Origin: a virus
Taxonomy: Duplodnaviria > Caudoviricetes
Length of the DNA stretch: 56,503 nucleotides
Direction: 5' to 3' (one strand)
IMG/VR virus record: IMGVR_UViG_3300034180_000036
Coordinates: 1-56,503 of that record
The notes under the pieces are model-generated. The model was not told the DNA's origin, searched no databases, and was given only the letters and a program-made list of their open reading frames with translations. A program made the position numbers and the translations under genes. Every line of letters starts with the position of its first letter. The stretch's first letter is position 1. Shown here piece by piece: positions 28,535 through 37,523 of the stretch.

Positions 28535-30952
28535 TTACTCCGCCATCTCGAAGCCGTCAAGCTGTGCCTTCAGGTCCCGACGTAGCTTGCCGGACAGGGC
28601 AGCCTTCGCCTTCCCCTTGGCGCCGGCTTCCTTCAGCGGCAGCGACTTGACGAAGTGCGCCACGTATTCATCCGAATCAGCGAATATCTTCACGGACTTG
28701 CGCATCTCGAACGCCGCCGTTTCGACCATCCCTCGAGCGACATCATCGCCGACCTGAGCCGCACGCGCCACGACCCCGATCAGGATCTCGATCGGCTCGT
28801 CGTAGTTTCCAGCCGCGTCAGCAAGCGCGAGGGGAACCCCGAATTTGTCGGCGATGATCCGGCGGGCCGCGAGCTCGGTCGTCGCCTCTTCAACCCACAG
28901 CGCCGCGCCCGTCGGCGCCGTCTCGATGATCGGCGACGTCGAGTGGACGGTCTCGTGAACGAGGGTCTTGAACCCCCACATGTCGAGGATGTCTTCGCCG
29001 TCGTTCGCGGCCTCGTCCCACTGCCCCCGAGCCGTCTTCCGCGCGAATGCGACCGCCGACTCGTGCGTCTCGTCGGTCACGCCGATGCGGCCCGTCAAGT
29101 CGTTGAAGCCGCCGGCGTCCGGCGGGTGGTCGGGCGGATCGACCTGATAGAGCCCGCGCCCCGCCTTCCGCGTTCGGTCTTGGATCAGGTCGTGGTTCAC
29201 CATGCCGCGCTCGTCGACGAGGTTGTTGAGCTGTCGACGCACAGCCGCCTCGTCACCGCTCTCGAGCGCTTCGGCCAGCGCCTCGATGTCGAGGGGGCCA
29301 TCCGGCGTCACGTCGCTCTTCGGGTAGCCTGCGAACGCAGGGGCGTGGTTCGGCTCGGCGACCTCCGAAGGCGCCTTCGCTTTGTCTCGAGCGCCGCGCG
29401 CGCGCGGAAGGTTCTCTCGACCAGACTTGCCCTTCGAATAGAGCGGCTCATCGATCGGCGGACCGGGGTCGAACATCGCGTCGTCAGAGACGTCGACCGT
29501 GCATCGACACCGGAAGTGGAACGGCGGGAGGCAGAAGCCGGCCGCGGCAAGATTGCGCGCGTCCGCTCCGCCTTGCGGTCCCGGCTTCGGCGAGATGTCG
29601 CGCAGCGCGCCGGCGCGGAGCCATGGATGCGCAACGCGGACCTCGTCCGGATCCTTGGCGTCCGCCACCGCGCCAGCGACCGCTTCACCCTGACTCACGG
29701 TGAAGACCTTCCCGTCCATGTGGCCACAGACCGGGCACGTGCGCTCGTCGCGCGGGTTGGTGATCTCGTATCGCGTGATCCCCGCGCGGCGGAAAGAGGT
29801 CAGAGAGCCGTTCACGCGAGCGACCGTCGCGGTGTTCGCCGCCAACGACTCGAAGTAGGCCGCCTGAGATCCGCGCCAGCCCGACGGCGTCGTTGCGTGT
29901 CCGAGCTCGTTCTCGATGGCTTCGCGAATCGATCGCCCCGCTCTCGTCCTGTCCTGGCCCCCGCGAATCATCACGTCGTCGACGGTCTTCCTCAGCGCCG
30001 CCCGGACGTTCTTCTCGTAGTGGGTGCCGGTCCAGAAGACGACGTCGCGCCGCAACGCACGGATCGCCGCTTGGTCTTCGACGTTGAACGAAGTCGCCAC
30101 GCGAAACTTCGGCGTCCGGCCGCCGCCGCCGCTTCTCCCGCTCGACGGTGGCGGCGCGGGCGGGGGAGATGCCGCCGCGATCGCCTTCTTCGACGCTCCG
30201 AACTTCGCGGCGAACTCGGCCGCATCGTCCGGATGTACCTCGACCGGAATCACGTTGTTGCCGAACTGGCGCCACGCCTCCGTTCTGTGGCGGCCATCGA
30301 CGATGCTCGGCGTGCCGTCCCAAATGCTCATGCGCGGCATGTGGACGGCCTGCTTTCCTTTCGCCTCCGAGATGAACGCCTTCGCTTGAGGGAGCCGCCC
30401 CTTGATTGGCTCCGCAGTCCCGCCCGGACCGATCAGGTAGCCGCGCTCGCTCGGGCTCGCGGCCATCGCACGATACATTCGATCGACGTCGACGAGCACG
30501 ACGGTCCCCTTGCGTGTGGGGTCGGCGCGCTCCCAGACGATCCCCCCGATCGTCTTCGCTGCGCTGTCTTGCGAGAGGCCCTTCTTGATCGGGGCGAAGA
30601 CGAAGTGCCCCGTATCGTACTGAAGCGAGCCGCGCACCTGGCGCGTCGCTTTCAGCCAAGCGATCTCGCGCGACAAGCGATAGATCCGTTCGACGATGTT
30701 CCCCGAGATCGGTTCGATCTCAGAACCCCACGCCCTCATCTCGCCGTCAACAGCCTTCATCACCGCGTCGGTAGACGTGGCGCCGGCGCCGGCCTCGAGC
30801 GCGGCGCGCGCGCGCTTCCGCCATGTCGTCCACCAGATGTCGCGTAGCTGTGTTTCGAGCCTCGCGATCTGCGCGACCTGGCTGACGCCGGCGACCTTGG
30901 CGATCGCCGCGTCGACGACGATCAGTCGCTCAATCGTCGCGAGAGAGCTCAT
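28535..30952 (-). CDS. MuF/SPP1 gp7 minor head protein with an inserted ParB/Srx-like domain and a C-terminal zincin-like domain
   Basis: D.RTCPVCGHMDGKVF and PPFHFRCRC (MuF); IVDGRHR (ParB-like); LVHETVH...EEATTE (HExxH plus downstream Glu). Confidence 0.85.
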   Translation of the reverse strand: MSSLATIERLIVVDAAIAKVAGVSQVAQIARLETQLRDIWWTTWRKRARAALEAGAGATSTDAVMKAVDGEMRAWGSEIEPISGNIVERIYRLSREIAWLKATRQVRGSLQYDTGHFVFAPIKKGLSQDSAAKTIGGIVWERADPTRKGTVVLVDVDRMYRAMAASPSERGYLIGPGGTAEPIKGRLPQAKAFISEAKGKQAVHMPRMSIWDGTPSIVDGRHRTEAWRQFGNNVIPVEVHPDDAAEFAAKFGASKKAIAAASPPPAPPPSSGRSGGGGRTPKFRVATSFNVEDQAAIRALRRDVVFWTGTHYEKNVRAALRKTVDDVMIRGGQDRTRAGRSIREAIENELGHATTPSGWRGSQAAYFESLAANTATVARVNGSLTSFRRAGITRYEITNPRDERTCPVCGHMDGKVFTVSQGEAVAGAVADAKDPDEVRVAHPWLRAGALRDISPKPGPQGGADARNLAAAGFCLPPFHFRCRCTVDVSDDAMFDPGPPIDEPLYSKGKSGRENLPRARGARDKAKAPSEVAEPNHAPAFAGYPKSDVTPDGPLDIEALAEALESGDEAAVRRQLNNLVDERGMVNHDLIQDRTRKAGRGLYQVDPPDHPPDAGGFNDLTGRIGVTDETHESAVAFARKTARGQWDEAANDGEDILDMWGFKTLVHETVHSTSPIIETAPTGAALWVEEATTELAARRIIADKFGVPLALADAAGNYDEPIEILIGVVARAAQVGDDVARGMVETAAFEMRKSVKIFADSDEYVAHFVKSLPLKEAGAKGKAKAALSGKLRRDLKAQLDGFEMAE

Positions 30953-32732
30953 AGCTGAGACCCGTGACCTCGTCCTTCCAGGTCCGCTCGAGCCGCTTCT
31001 GAATCGACTCGAGGCGTTCGACGATCAGGCCGTCGAGCTCGAGGGCGCCTTCGTCGTCGAAACCGGTCAGCGACTTCACGAGTTCGAGCCGTTTCAGCGC
31101 CGTGACTTGCTGGCCTGGTTCCGCCGGATCGGCCTGGTTCTTCACGGCTTCCGCCATCGTGAGCGAGAACGGCACGTCCGCCGGGAAGTCTGGCGGGAGG
31201 GGCGGGAGCTCTTGCCCGAGGATGTCGGTCATGACCAGTCGCGCGATCCGCGGGGTCATGCCGCCCGTCTTCTCGGACCCCGCGAGGATCTTCACGAGCT
31301 CCGCGTTGTCGGTCGTGTTCGGCGAATTGCTCTTGAACTTGAAGAAGCGCACGCCCATCCGAGGGAAGATCGACCGGTTCACGAGCTCGTCGAAGTGCAT
31401 GCGCTCGGGCGCGAAGATCTGTTCGTCGCCGAGCCGCCGACTCGTGTCCGCCGTCGAACGCGTGTAGTCGTCCGACGCGCCAACGAAGATCGGCGGCATG
31501 CGGTAGAGGCGATGCGCGAGCCGCTCGCCCGCCTCGACGTACTTCTGAAACATGGCGTCGCGGATCTGGGCCTGGTTGAGGGGCTCGACTTCGATCTTCA
31601 TCTGCCCGCCGTCTTCGCCGTCTTCATCGATCGGCTCGGCTTCGACGACGAGGAACTTGCTGTAGTTCTGGCCTTCGGCGATCACGCTCTCGGTGAAGTC
31701 GGTGATTCGCTGAATCGAACCATCGGTGAGCTGCCCGTTGCTCACGAGGAGCATCATCGACGGGATGTTGTTCGACGTGAGCGTCTTGTAGTTCACCTCT
31801 TCGGCCGCACGCATGCCGTACAGCTTCAGAAGGCCGCCGATGTAACGCGGGATCCCGTACGGCGATCGCGCGCTGTAGATCGAGAAGTGGATGATCTCGT
31901 GCGCGAGCTCGCTCGGGTCGACCTTCTTCCCCTCCGGGATCACCTTGCCGGTCTTCCGCGAAATCCGCCGCGGGTCCCCGAACTCTTTGAAGAAGACGAA
32001 GCCCGGCTCGCTGACGGCCTGTGCGCCGAAGGTGCCCGCGAGGTAGCGCGCTTGAAGAAAGCGACGAAAGCGTTTCCGCCGCTGAATCTTCGAGACCTCC
32101 CACGAGCCATCTTCCTTGAGCTCGAGGATCGGCACGTCCGCGGTGATCGCTTCCCCATCTTGCGCACAAAGCCGCATCTGGTACGCGCGAATGTGCTCGA
32201 AGCCCTGAATCTCGCCGTTCTCGCCCGGCAGTACCTCCCAATACGCGTTGCCTGTGCGCTCGAGATCTTGCCGCGTTCGCTTTCGGATCTCCGTGAAGGG
32301 GTGGTCGAGCGAGGCGTAGTTGAAGAAGTTCTCGAGGCGCACGCGCTCGGCGCGGATCTGCCCGAGCATGACCTCGGCGATCTGTCGCTTCGCCGCGTCG
32401 CTTCCACCTCGAGCCGCCGTCTCAAGATCGGGAACGTTCGCGCGAGCGACGTAGGCGTGCCCGAAGCCGTCGATGTTCTGCGCCATCGCGTCGATGACCT
32501 GACCGAGCTCGTGGTTCTGTTCTGCGAGCACGGTGAGCGCAAGCGGATCGAACGGCGGAACGATCGCCTGACCTTCCCCCATCGAGTGGAACGGATCATC
32601 GGTGAGTGCGGCCGATGCTTCGGTGGCCTTCTCGATCGGGACGACGATCGCGCGCGCTTTCGCTTGGCGAAGCGTCCTCTTCGCTGCCTTCTCGGCATCA
32701 CGCGCCTGCTCGCTCGCTACTGCATTCGACAT
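30930..32732 (-). CDS. Phage portal protein (PBSX/XkdE-like)
   Basis: PPFDP..L, DLERTGNAYWEV, FKEFGD.R, EIIHF...SPYGIPRY, D..F..Y, PPIFVG...DYTRSTA. Confidence 0.93.
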   Translation of the reverse strand: MSNAVASEQARDAEKAAKRTLRQAKARAIVVPIEKATEASAALTDDPFHSMGEGQAIVPPFDPLALTVLAEQNHELGQVIDAMAQNIDGFGHAYVARANVPDLETAARGGSDAAKRQIAEVMLGQIRAERVRLENFFNYASLDHPFTEIRKRTRQDLERTGNAYWEVLPGENGEIQGFEHIRAYQMRLCAQDGEAITADVPILELKEDGSWEVSKIQRRKRFRRFLQARYLAGTFGAQAVSEPGFVFFKEFGDPRRISRKTGKVIPEGKKVDPSELAHEIIHFSIYSARSPYGIPRYIGGLLKLYGMRAAEEVNYKTLTSNNIPSMMLLVSNGQLTDGSIQRITDFTESVIAEGQNYSKFLVVEAEPIDEDGEDGGQMKIEVEPLNQAQIRDAMFQKYVEAGERLAHRLYRMPPIFVGASDDYTRSTADTSRRLGDEQIFAPERMHFDELVNRSIFPRMGVRFFKFKSNSPNTTDNAELVKILAGSEKTGGMTPRIARLVMTDILGQELPPLPPDFPADVPFSLTMAEAVKNQADPAEPGQQVTALKRLELVKSLTGFDDEGALELDGLIVERLESIQKRLERTWKDEVTGLSYELSRDD

Positions 32733-34225
32733 CAGATCACCCCAAAATCGCGACGTTGCCGACGGCGGCGCCGCTTCTTTCGCGTTGCGTTGGCCAGGTC
32801 GAGAGCGTCGAAGCCGTCGACTGGTTTCTTCGGGAAGCCGACGAGCTGATCGATCAAGCGGTGCATCGTCGGGTGCTCACGCCGAAAGAACACGCGCTGT
32901 TGCTCGAAGAGCGGAGAGATCTTCCACGCGCGCGTCGTCTTGTCCTTCACGGTCTGGATGCCGACGACCTTCAGGTCGGGCCGCTCGTCCTTCACGTTCT
33001 GAACCTGCGAGTCCTGATATGCGTTGTTCTCGCAGCCGACGAGGTTCACCTTCCATTCGTCGTGATGGTAGATGATCCGCTTCGTTTGCTTCGAAAAGCG
33101 GTAGTGGCCCCACTCGAAATCGACCACGTAGATCGTCACGTCGTCCGAGCGAATGTTCCGCCCCTTCACGCCGATCGTCACGATCGAGAATCCGTCGGGC
33201 TCTGACTCGCCTTCCTTCACTTCGCCGATCGCGAGATCGACGCCCGAGAAGTAGACGAGATCGTCCCACGGGATTTCGGAGTCATCGAGCTGTTGGCAGT
33301 CGTCCCACTGGAAGATCTCGCCACGCATCGCCTCCGTGTCGCACTGGTACTGTGCGAGGAAGATAATGCGGCCGGAGTTCTCGCGGATCTTCTGAAAGTG
33401 CTCGGACGAATACTTCTCGGGCCAAGGGCTTCGATCGTCATCGTCGAGAGCAGGAATCACTTGCGTCGTCTTCGCGCAGTCCTTCTTGCGAAGGTGCCCA
33501 TAGAGATCGTCATGGTGGTAGCGCGTGCCGAGCCGATGGATCTCGCCGCGGTGAGGAACCTCCGGATCCGGAGGTTCGAGCGTGGGCATGAGCGTCTGGT
33601 AATACCAGGTCTTGGTGCGCTCGCGCGACTTCGGCGTGCGCGCGTTGTCTTCGTCGACGAGGTCGTCCGCGAAGATCACGTCGTAGTGCTTCGACACGAT
33701 CGCCGAGTCGACGCCGCCGCACGAGATCGAGGCTTCCTTCGTGACCTTCGTGCGCCCCAGAACGTCGATCTCTTCGGTCGTCCACTTCGTGGTGACGCGC
33801 GGATCGTAGAAGTCGCCGAAGACCTCGATCAGGCGATCGTTGTTCTCGAGATGCGCCTTGATCTCCGCGAGCATGTCCTCGGCGTTGCCCTTCGTCTTGG
33901 ACGCGATCAGAATGCGCAGATCGCGGTTCTTGCATAGCAGCCAAATCGCGCGCGAAACGGTCAACGTCGTCGTCTTGCCGGCGCCGCGGAACGCGAGCTG
34001 AAGGTTGTCGGGGTGGCGAAACTGCCACTGCATCATGCGCAGGTGGAACGGCTGGACTTGGTAGCCGAGGATCTCTTGCGCGAGGATGTCGATCCGACCG
34101 TCGTTGATGATCCGCCGGCGTAGGAACTCGTTTTGAGCGTCCCGCGTCTGGGCGAGCAAGCGCGCGAGCTCGTCGCGATCGTCTATCGCGTCGAGGTCAC
34201 GGATCGGGATGAGGTCGGTGGCCAT
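32732..34225 (-). CDS. terL: Terminase large subunit
   Basis: Walker A-like FRGAGKTT, HYDVIFADDLVD Walker B, GTRYHHDDLYG, WPE, F.AQYQC, nuclease GVDLA and DGFDA. Confidence 0.95.
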   Translation of the reverse strand: MATDLIPIRDLDAIDDRDELARLLAQTRDAQNEFLRRRIINDGRIDILAQEILGYQVQPFHLRMMQWQFRHPDNLQLAFRGAGKTTTLTVSRAIWLLCKNRDLRILIASKTKGNAEDMLAEIKAHLENNDRLIEVFGDFYDPRVTTKWTTEEIDVLGRTKVTKEASISCGGVDSAIVSKHYDVIFADDLVDEDNARTPKSRERTKTWYYQTLMPTLEPPDPEVPHRGEIHRLGTRYHHDDLYGHLRKKDCAKTTQVIPALDDDDRSPWPEKYSSEHFQKIRENSGRIIFLAQYQCDTEAMRGEIFQWDDCQQLDDSEIPWDDLVYFSGVDLAIGEVKEGESEPDGFSIVTIGVKGRNIRSDDVTIYVVDFEWGHYRFSKQTKRIIYHHDEWKVNLVGCENNAYQDSQVQNVKDERPDLKVVGIQTVKDKTTRAWKISPLFEQQRVFFRREHPTMHRLIDQLVGFPKKPVDGFDALDLANATRKKRRRRRQRRDFGVI

Positions 34226-34254
34226 AGCGGGGGGCGCTGCGTCCCCCCGCTATG
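34223..34254 (-). promoter_or_regulatory. 12-bp perfect hairpin sequestering the terL start codon
   Basis: Minus strand reads CATAGCGGGGGG-ACGCAGCG-CCCCCCGCTATG, where the final ATG is the terL start. Confidence 0.6.
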
Positions 34255-34288
34255 ATGCAACAGGTGGGGGTGGGGCGCCGAGCGCCTT

Positions 34289-34597
34289 CTACTCGGTCGC
34301 TTCCCAGACGACGTTTTCGCCGGCCGCGTTGAGGTCGGCGTCGGTCCCGAGCGAGAAGCCCGTCGCCGTCGGCGTGACCCCGCCGGTCGTCACCGTCGAG
34401 ATGTCGGTCGCCCCCGCGCCCGAATCCACGGTCTTCTGCATCGACGCGTCGGCCATCGGGTACTGCCACACCGCGGTCGCGTTGCCGCCGATGTTCCTCA
34501 GCTCGACCTTGCGAGGCCGGAAGCCGACCTCCACCGCGATCGCGGCACCGGTCCCGGTGAACTGGCCGCGCATGCTCCTCATGACGCCACTGGACAT
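34289..34597 (-). CDS. Small beta-rich virion-type protein (102 aa)
   Basis: GQFTGTGAAIAVEVGFRPRKV...GF.LGTDADLN.AGE.V.WEA; GGGAG SD upstream. Confidence 0.6.
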   Translation of the reverse strand: MSSGVMRSMRGQFTGTGAAIAVEVGFRPRKVELRNIGGNATAVWQYPMADASMQKTVDSGAGATDISTVTTGGVTPTATGFSLGTDADLNAAGENVVWEATE

Positions 34598-34648
34598 TCG
34601 TAATCTCCCTTCGTCGTTCGGCCAATGGGGCCGGTTCGGGGCCTAGTG

Positions 34649-35305
34649 TTACCTGGACCTCTTCTCGCGGACCACCCTTCGGCCTCCCGCGACCTTCGTT
34701 CGCGCATGCGGCTTCGGGCGCCCGCCGGCGTTCGAGCCCGGACCGGGCCCCAACGCCTTGGGGGCGGCGGGCCCGTGATGGATCGGTCCCGGATCCACGT
34801 CGAGGATCGTCCCGCCGCCGTAGCGGTCGAGCATCGCCTGTCCGACCAGCGCGGCTTTCGCGATGAGCTGTCGAATCTCGATCGTCTCGAGGTTCGCTAT
34901 CGCGATGCCGCCGACGATCTCGTGTTGCTGTGGCTTCCGTGAGATCAGCCCGAGCGTTTGGCCGGTCTCGATCATGTCCTTCCAGATCGCCGCGCGCGCG
35001 CGCACCGCGCCAACGACAGCGGTCAGTTGCTTCGTGCCCTTCTCGCGCGCGAGGTCGATGACCATGTCGAGGTCGCGCATGTTCGCTTCTTGCGCGAGAC
35101 GATACTCGGCGAACCACTCTTGATCGGTGCGCCCCTTGAGGATCTCCGTCTCGTGCCGGATCACCTGTCGTCGAAAGTCGCGAACGTCCGACAGGCTCAG
35201 CCCGGTCTTCTTCGCGATCTGATCGTCGTCGAGGCCCGTCGCGATGTGCGTCCGGATCTGCGCGATCACCTCGCGCCTGCGAGCCGCCGTCAGCTTGAGG
35301 GCCAT
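34649..35305 (-). CDS. Putative terminase small subunit / HTH protein (218 aa)
   Basis: ATG at 35305 after AAGGAAG; N-terminal HTH-like GLDDDQIAKKTGLS; helical body; lies upstream of terL. Confidence 0.55.
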   Translation of the reverse strand: MALKLTAARRREVIAQIRTHIATGLDDDQIAKKTGLSLSDVRDFRRQVIRHETEILKGRTDQEWFAEYRLAQEANMRDLDMVIDLAREKGTKQLTAVVGAVRARAAIWKDMIETGQTLGLISRKPQQHEIVGGIAIANLETIEIRQLIAKAALVGQAMLDRYGGGTILDVDPGPIHHGPAAPKALGPGPGSNAGGRPKPHARTKVAGGRRVVREKRSR

Positions 35306-35544
35306 CAGCTCTTCCTTGGCCGATCGGCACGTCGCCGCGCGAGCACGCCCGCGCGCGTGAGGCGAATGCACGACGCGTCACGCGCCGCCCGAACCACGCG
35401 CCGGCGACGGTCGGCGACTTCGACGAAGCCCTTCGAGACGAGCACCTGAGCAGTCGGACGCGTCACGCCGTCCAGCGGCAGAGGCGTCCAGTGCGTCGAG
35501 AGGAGCCACAGGGCGCGCCCTTGAACCGTCGACAGGTCAGCCAT
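35305..35544 (-). CDS. Hypothetical protein (79 aa)
   Basis: GGAGG SD; overlaps its neighbours at both ends. Confidence 0.5.
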   Translation of the reverse strand: MADLSTVQGRALWLLSTHWTPLPLDGVTRPTAQVLVSKGFVEVADRRRRVVRAARDASCIRLTRAGVLARRRADRPRKS

Positions 35545-36076
35545 TCCCGCGGCCTCCCAGGGAACTCAGAAGACGGAGCAGCGCTCCGAGGTCGACCGTG
35601 TTCCCTTGGGGGGCGTGAGCGGGCGCCGCGGGCGCCGGCCCCACGCGTGGTTCGGGACGCAGCGCCCGCGCGAGCTCGCGGAGCTTGGCGCCCGGACGGT
35701 GCTCCGCGATCGATGGGTGGTTCTCTTCGTCCCCCGGCATCACGGGAACGCGACGCCCACAAACGCAGATCACGGACGTGACCGATTCGTCGACGTCCTC
35801 GAGCGGCTGGCCGCCGGCCGGGCACAGCACGTGGTCCCGCTCGAGCGGGAAGACGAGCTCGCCATCGACGTCACGGACCTCGGCCCCAAGATCGAGCAAC
35901 AGGTCGCGCAAGTCGGGGTTTTCTTCCGCAAGAATCGCGAGAGCGAAGCCGAACAGGATGTCCGGCCCCGCCGGCCAAGGGAGGCGTCGGACCTCGCCGC
36001 GAATCAGAACTTCGCGACCAGCGGGTCCGATTGTGTGCTCTTGGGCGTGGGGGGTTTCGAGGGTGTCGTCAGCCAT
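35537..36076 (-). CDS. Hypothetical protein with Cys/His motifs (179 aa)
   Basis: CPAGG...CVCGR...EH motifs; typical codon usage. Confidence 0.6.
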   Translation of the reverse strand: MADDTLETPHAQEHTIGPAGREVLIRGEVRRLPWPAGPDILFGFALAILAEENPDLRDLLLDLGAEVRDVDGELVFPLERDHVLCPAGGQPLEDVDESVTSVICVCGRRVPVMPGDEENHPSIAEHRPGAKLRELARALRPEPRVGPAPAAPAHAPQGNTVDLGALLRLLSSLGGRGNG

Positions 36077-36314
36077 CGCGCCCTTATGCGTAGCACAAGG
36101 ATCGTCGACATCGCCAGAGGATGGCGGGCGTTAGTACCGGTCGTGTCGGCACGAGAAGCAGTCGGATGCCTTTTCGTACTCCTCGACGCTCCCACACGCG
36201 CAACCGGTCCAGGTGCCACGGCTGCGCGACGAACCCGATGACGTTCCCGCACGACGTCCCCCGCCACACCGCTGTGCGCGCGCGACCGAGAAGACAGCGC
36301 CGTCGGCGCGGTTC

Positions 36315-36590
36315 TCAACGAGCTTTCGTGGGGACCAACACGCACCACGCGTCCCCCACCTTCACGTACCGACCAAAGACGGCCGCGCGCGCCACCGCCG
36401 CCTGAGCGCCGGCCAGAACAGCCTCGGCTTCTGCGCGGCGCTGACTGCCCATCCACCAGGCACGCTCGTCGCGGTCCCATTTGGCGCCGGCATCGCGGAG
36501 GGCGTCCTTTGCCGCATACGGCGCGTTCCGGAAGTAGAGCCGCCGCCCGACCTGCTCGATGGTGATGTTCGTCGTGTTCGTCGTCGTCAT
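36315..36590 (-). CDS. Small protein with a PY..KD.L...GAKWD...AWW (DUF5710-like) motif; leaderless start
   Basis: Starts MTTTNTTN directly after repeat P1. Confidence 0.6.
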   Translation of the reverse strand: MTTTNTTNITIEQVGRRLYFRNAPYAAKDALRDAGAKWDRDERAWWMGSQRRAEAEAVLAGAQAAVARAAVFGRYVKVGDAWCVLVPTKAR

Positions 36591-36638
36591 GCCCCTGTTT
36601 GTACGGCTGACCGTCGCGCAAGTCAAGCGTCAAAACGC
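36588..36638 (-). promoter_or_regulatory. Repeat element P1 (box + promoter + leaderless ATG)
   Basis: GCGT-TTTG-ACGC TTGACT N17 TACAAA N7 ATG(36590). Confidence 0.8.
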
Positions 36639-36700
36639 TTGTCTTTCGGTCCTCCCACGGAGACGGAACAGATCGGCCGCATACGGCGCTTAGGATACGC

Positions 36701-36991
36701 GTGATGGAGGTCGACGTTCTGAAGCGGGTCTTCGCCGCGATCGTCCGCGAGCACACCCTCGCCGTCGAACAGCTTGAACGTCGGACCGCGGACCTCGCCG
36801 ATGCGCGGAAGAAGATCGCGGCTCAGGAGACGGAGATCATGCGGCTCCGTCGCGAGCTCCTCGCCGCCTACGACCAAGAGGCGATGCGAGACGCGTTCGA
36901 TTCTGACGATGGGCTCTTGGCGATCCTCGAGCCCGAAGAAGCTCAGCCGGCCGCCGGCTCGAACACGAAGCGCCAAGACGATCCCGCCTGA
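36701..36991 (+). CDS. Coiled-coil hypothetical protein (~96 aa)
   Basis: Heptad-like helical sequence; divergent from P1. Confidence 0.55.
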   Translation: MMEVDVLKRVFAAIVREHTLAVEQLERRTADLADARKKIAAQETEIMRLRRELLAAYDQEAMRDAFDSDDGLLAILEPEEAQPAAGSNTKRQDDPA

Positions 36992-37431
36992 TGGCGGATG
37001 AACGCGGAGAGCGCCGCCTCGACGAAGGGGGCCCACGCTTCTTCGTTGTCGATCCTCAGCTTCATCGTGCCGTCGCGCATTGCGTGCTCACGGCTCCACG
37101 GAAGGTAGAAGCTCACCTCGATGTAGCCGTCGCCGATCGCGACCTGGCTCAGCTTCCAGAACCGTTCCCCGTCGGGCACGTCGTCGACCCGTTCCATGTG
37201 GACCTTGACGCAACCGTTCGGCCTGAACGGCGCGGCCCCTTCGTGCTTCAAGTCGAGCTCGCCGCTCGGACTCGCCTTCCAGAACCGTTCGTTCTCGGCG
37301 CTGCCGTCTTCCTCGATACGATCGGCAATCCGCCGCGGCTTGACCGGATAGAAGTCGAGCAGGAAGAGCCCTTCCCACGTCTCGTTCGAATGCATGCAAC
37401 GCAGCTTCGCGGTGATGATCTTGTCGTTCAT
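36943..37431 (-). CDS. Hypothetical phage protein (162 aa)
   Basis: GGAGG SD before ATG 37431; AKLRC...ENERFWKASPSGELDL motif. Confidence 0.6.
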   Translation of the reverse strand: MNDKIITAKLRCMHSNETWEGLFLLDFYPVKPRRIADRIEEDGSAENERFWKASPSGELDLKHEGAAPFRPNGCVKVHMERVDDVPDGERFWKLSQVAIGDGYIEVSFYLPWSREHAMRDGTMKLRIDNEEAWAPFVEAALSAFIRHQAGSSWRFVFEPAAG

Positions 37432-37523
37432 GTGGCCTCCATCCGGCGCGCGGGCCGGCGTGATGTTCGGTTTGGAGGCCACGCGATTGCCCCGGCCCGT
37501 GGCACTGCGCCGGTTCGAAGAAC

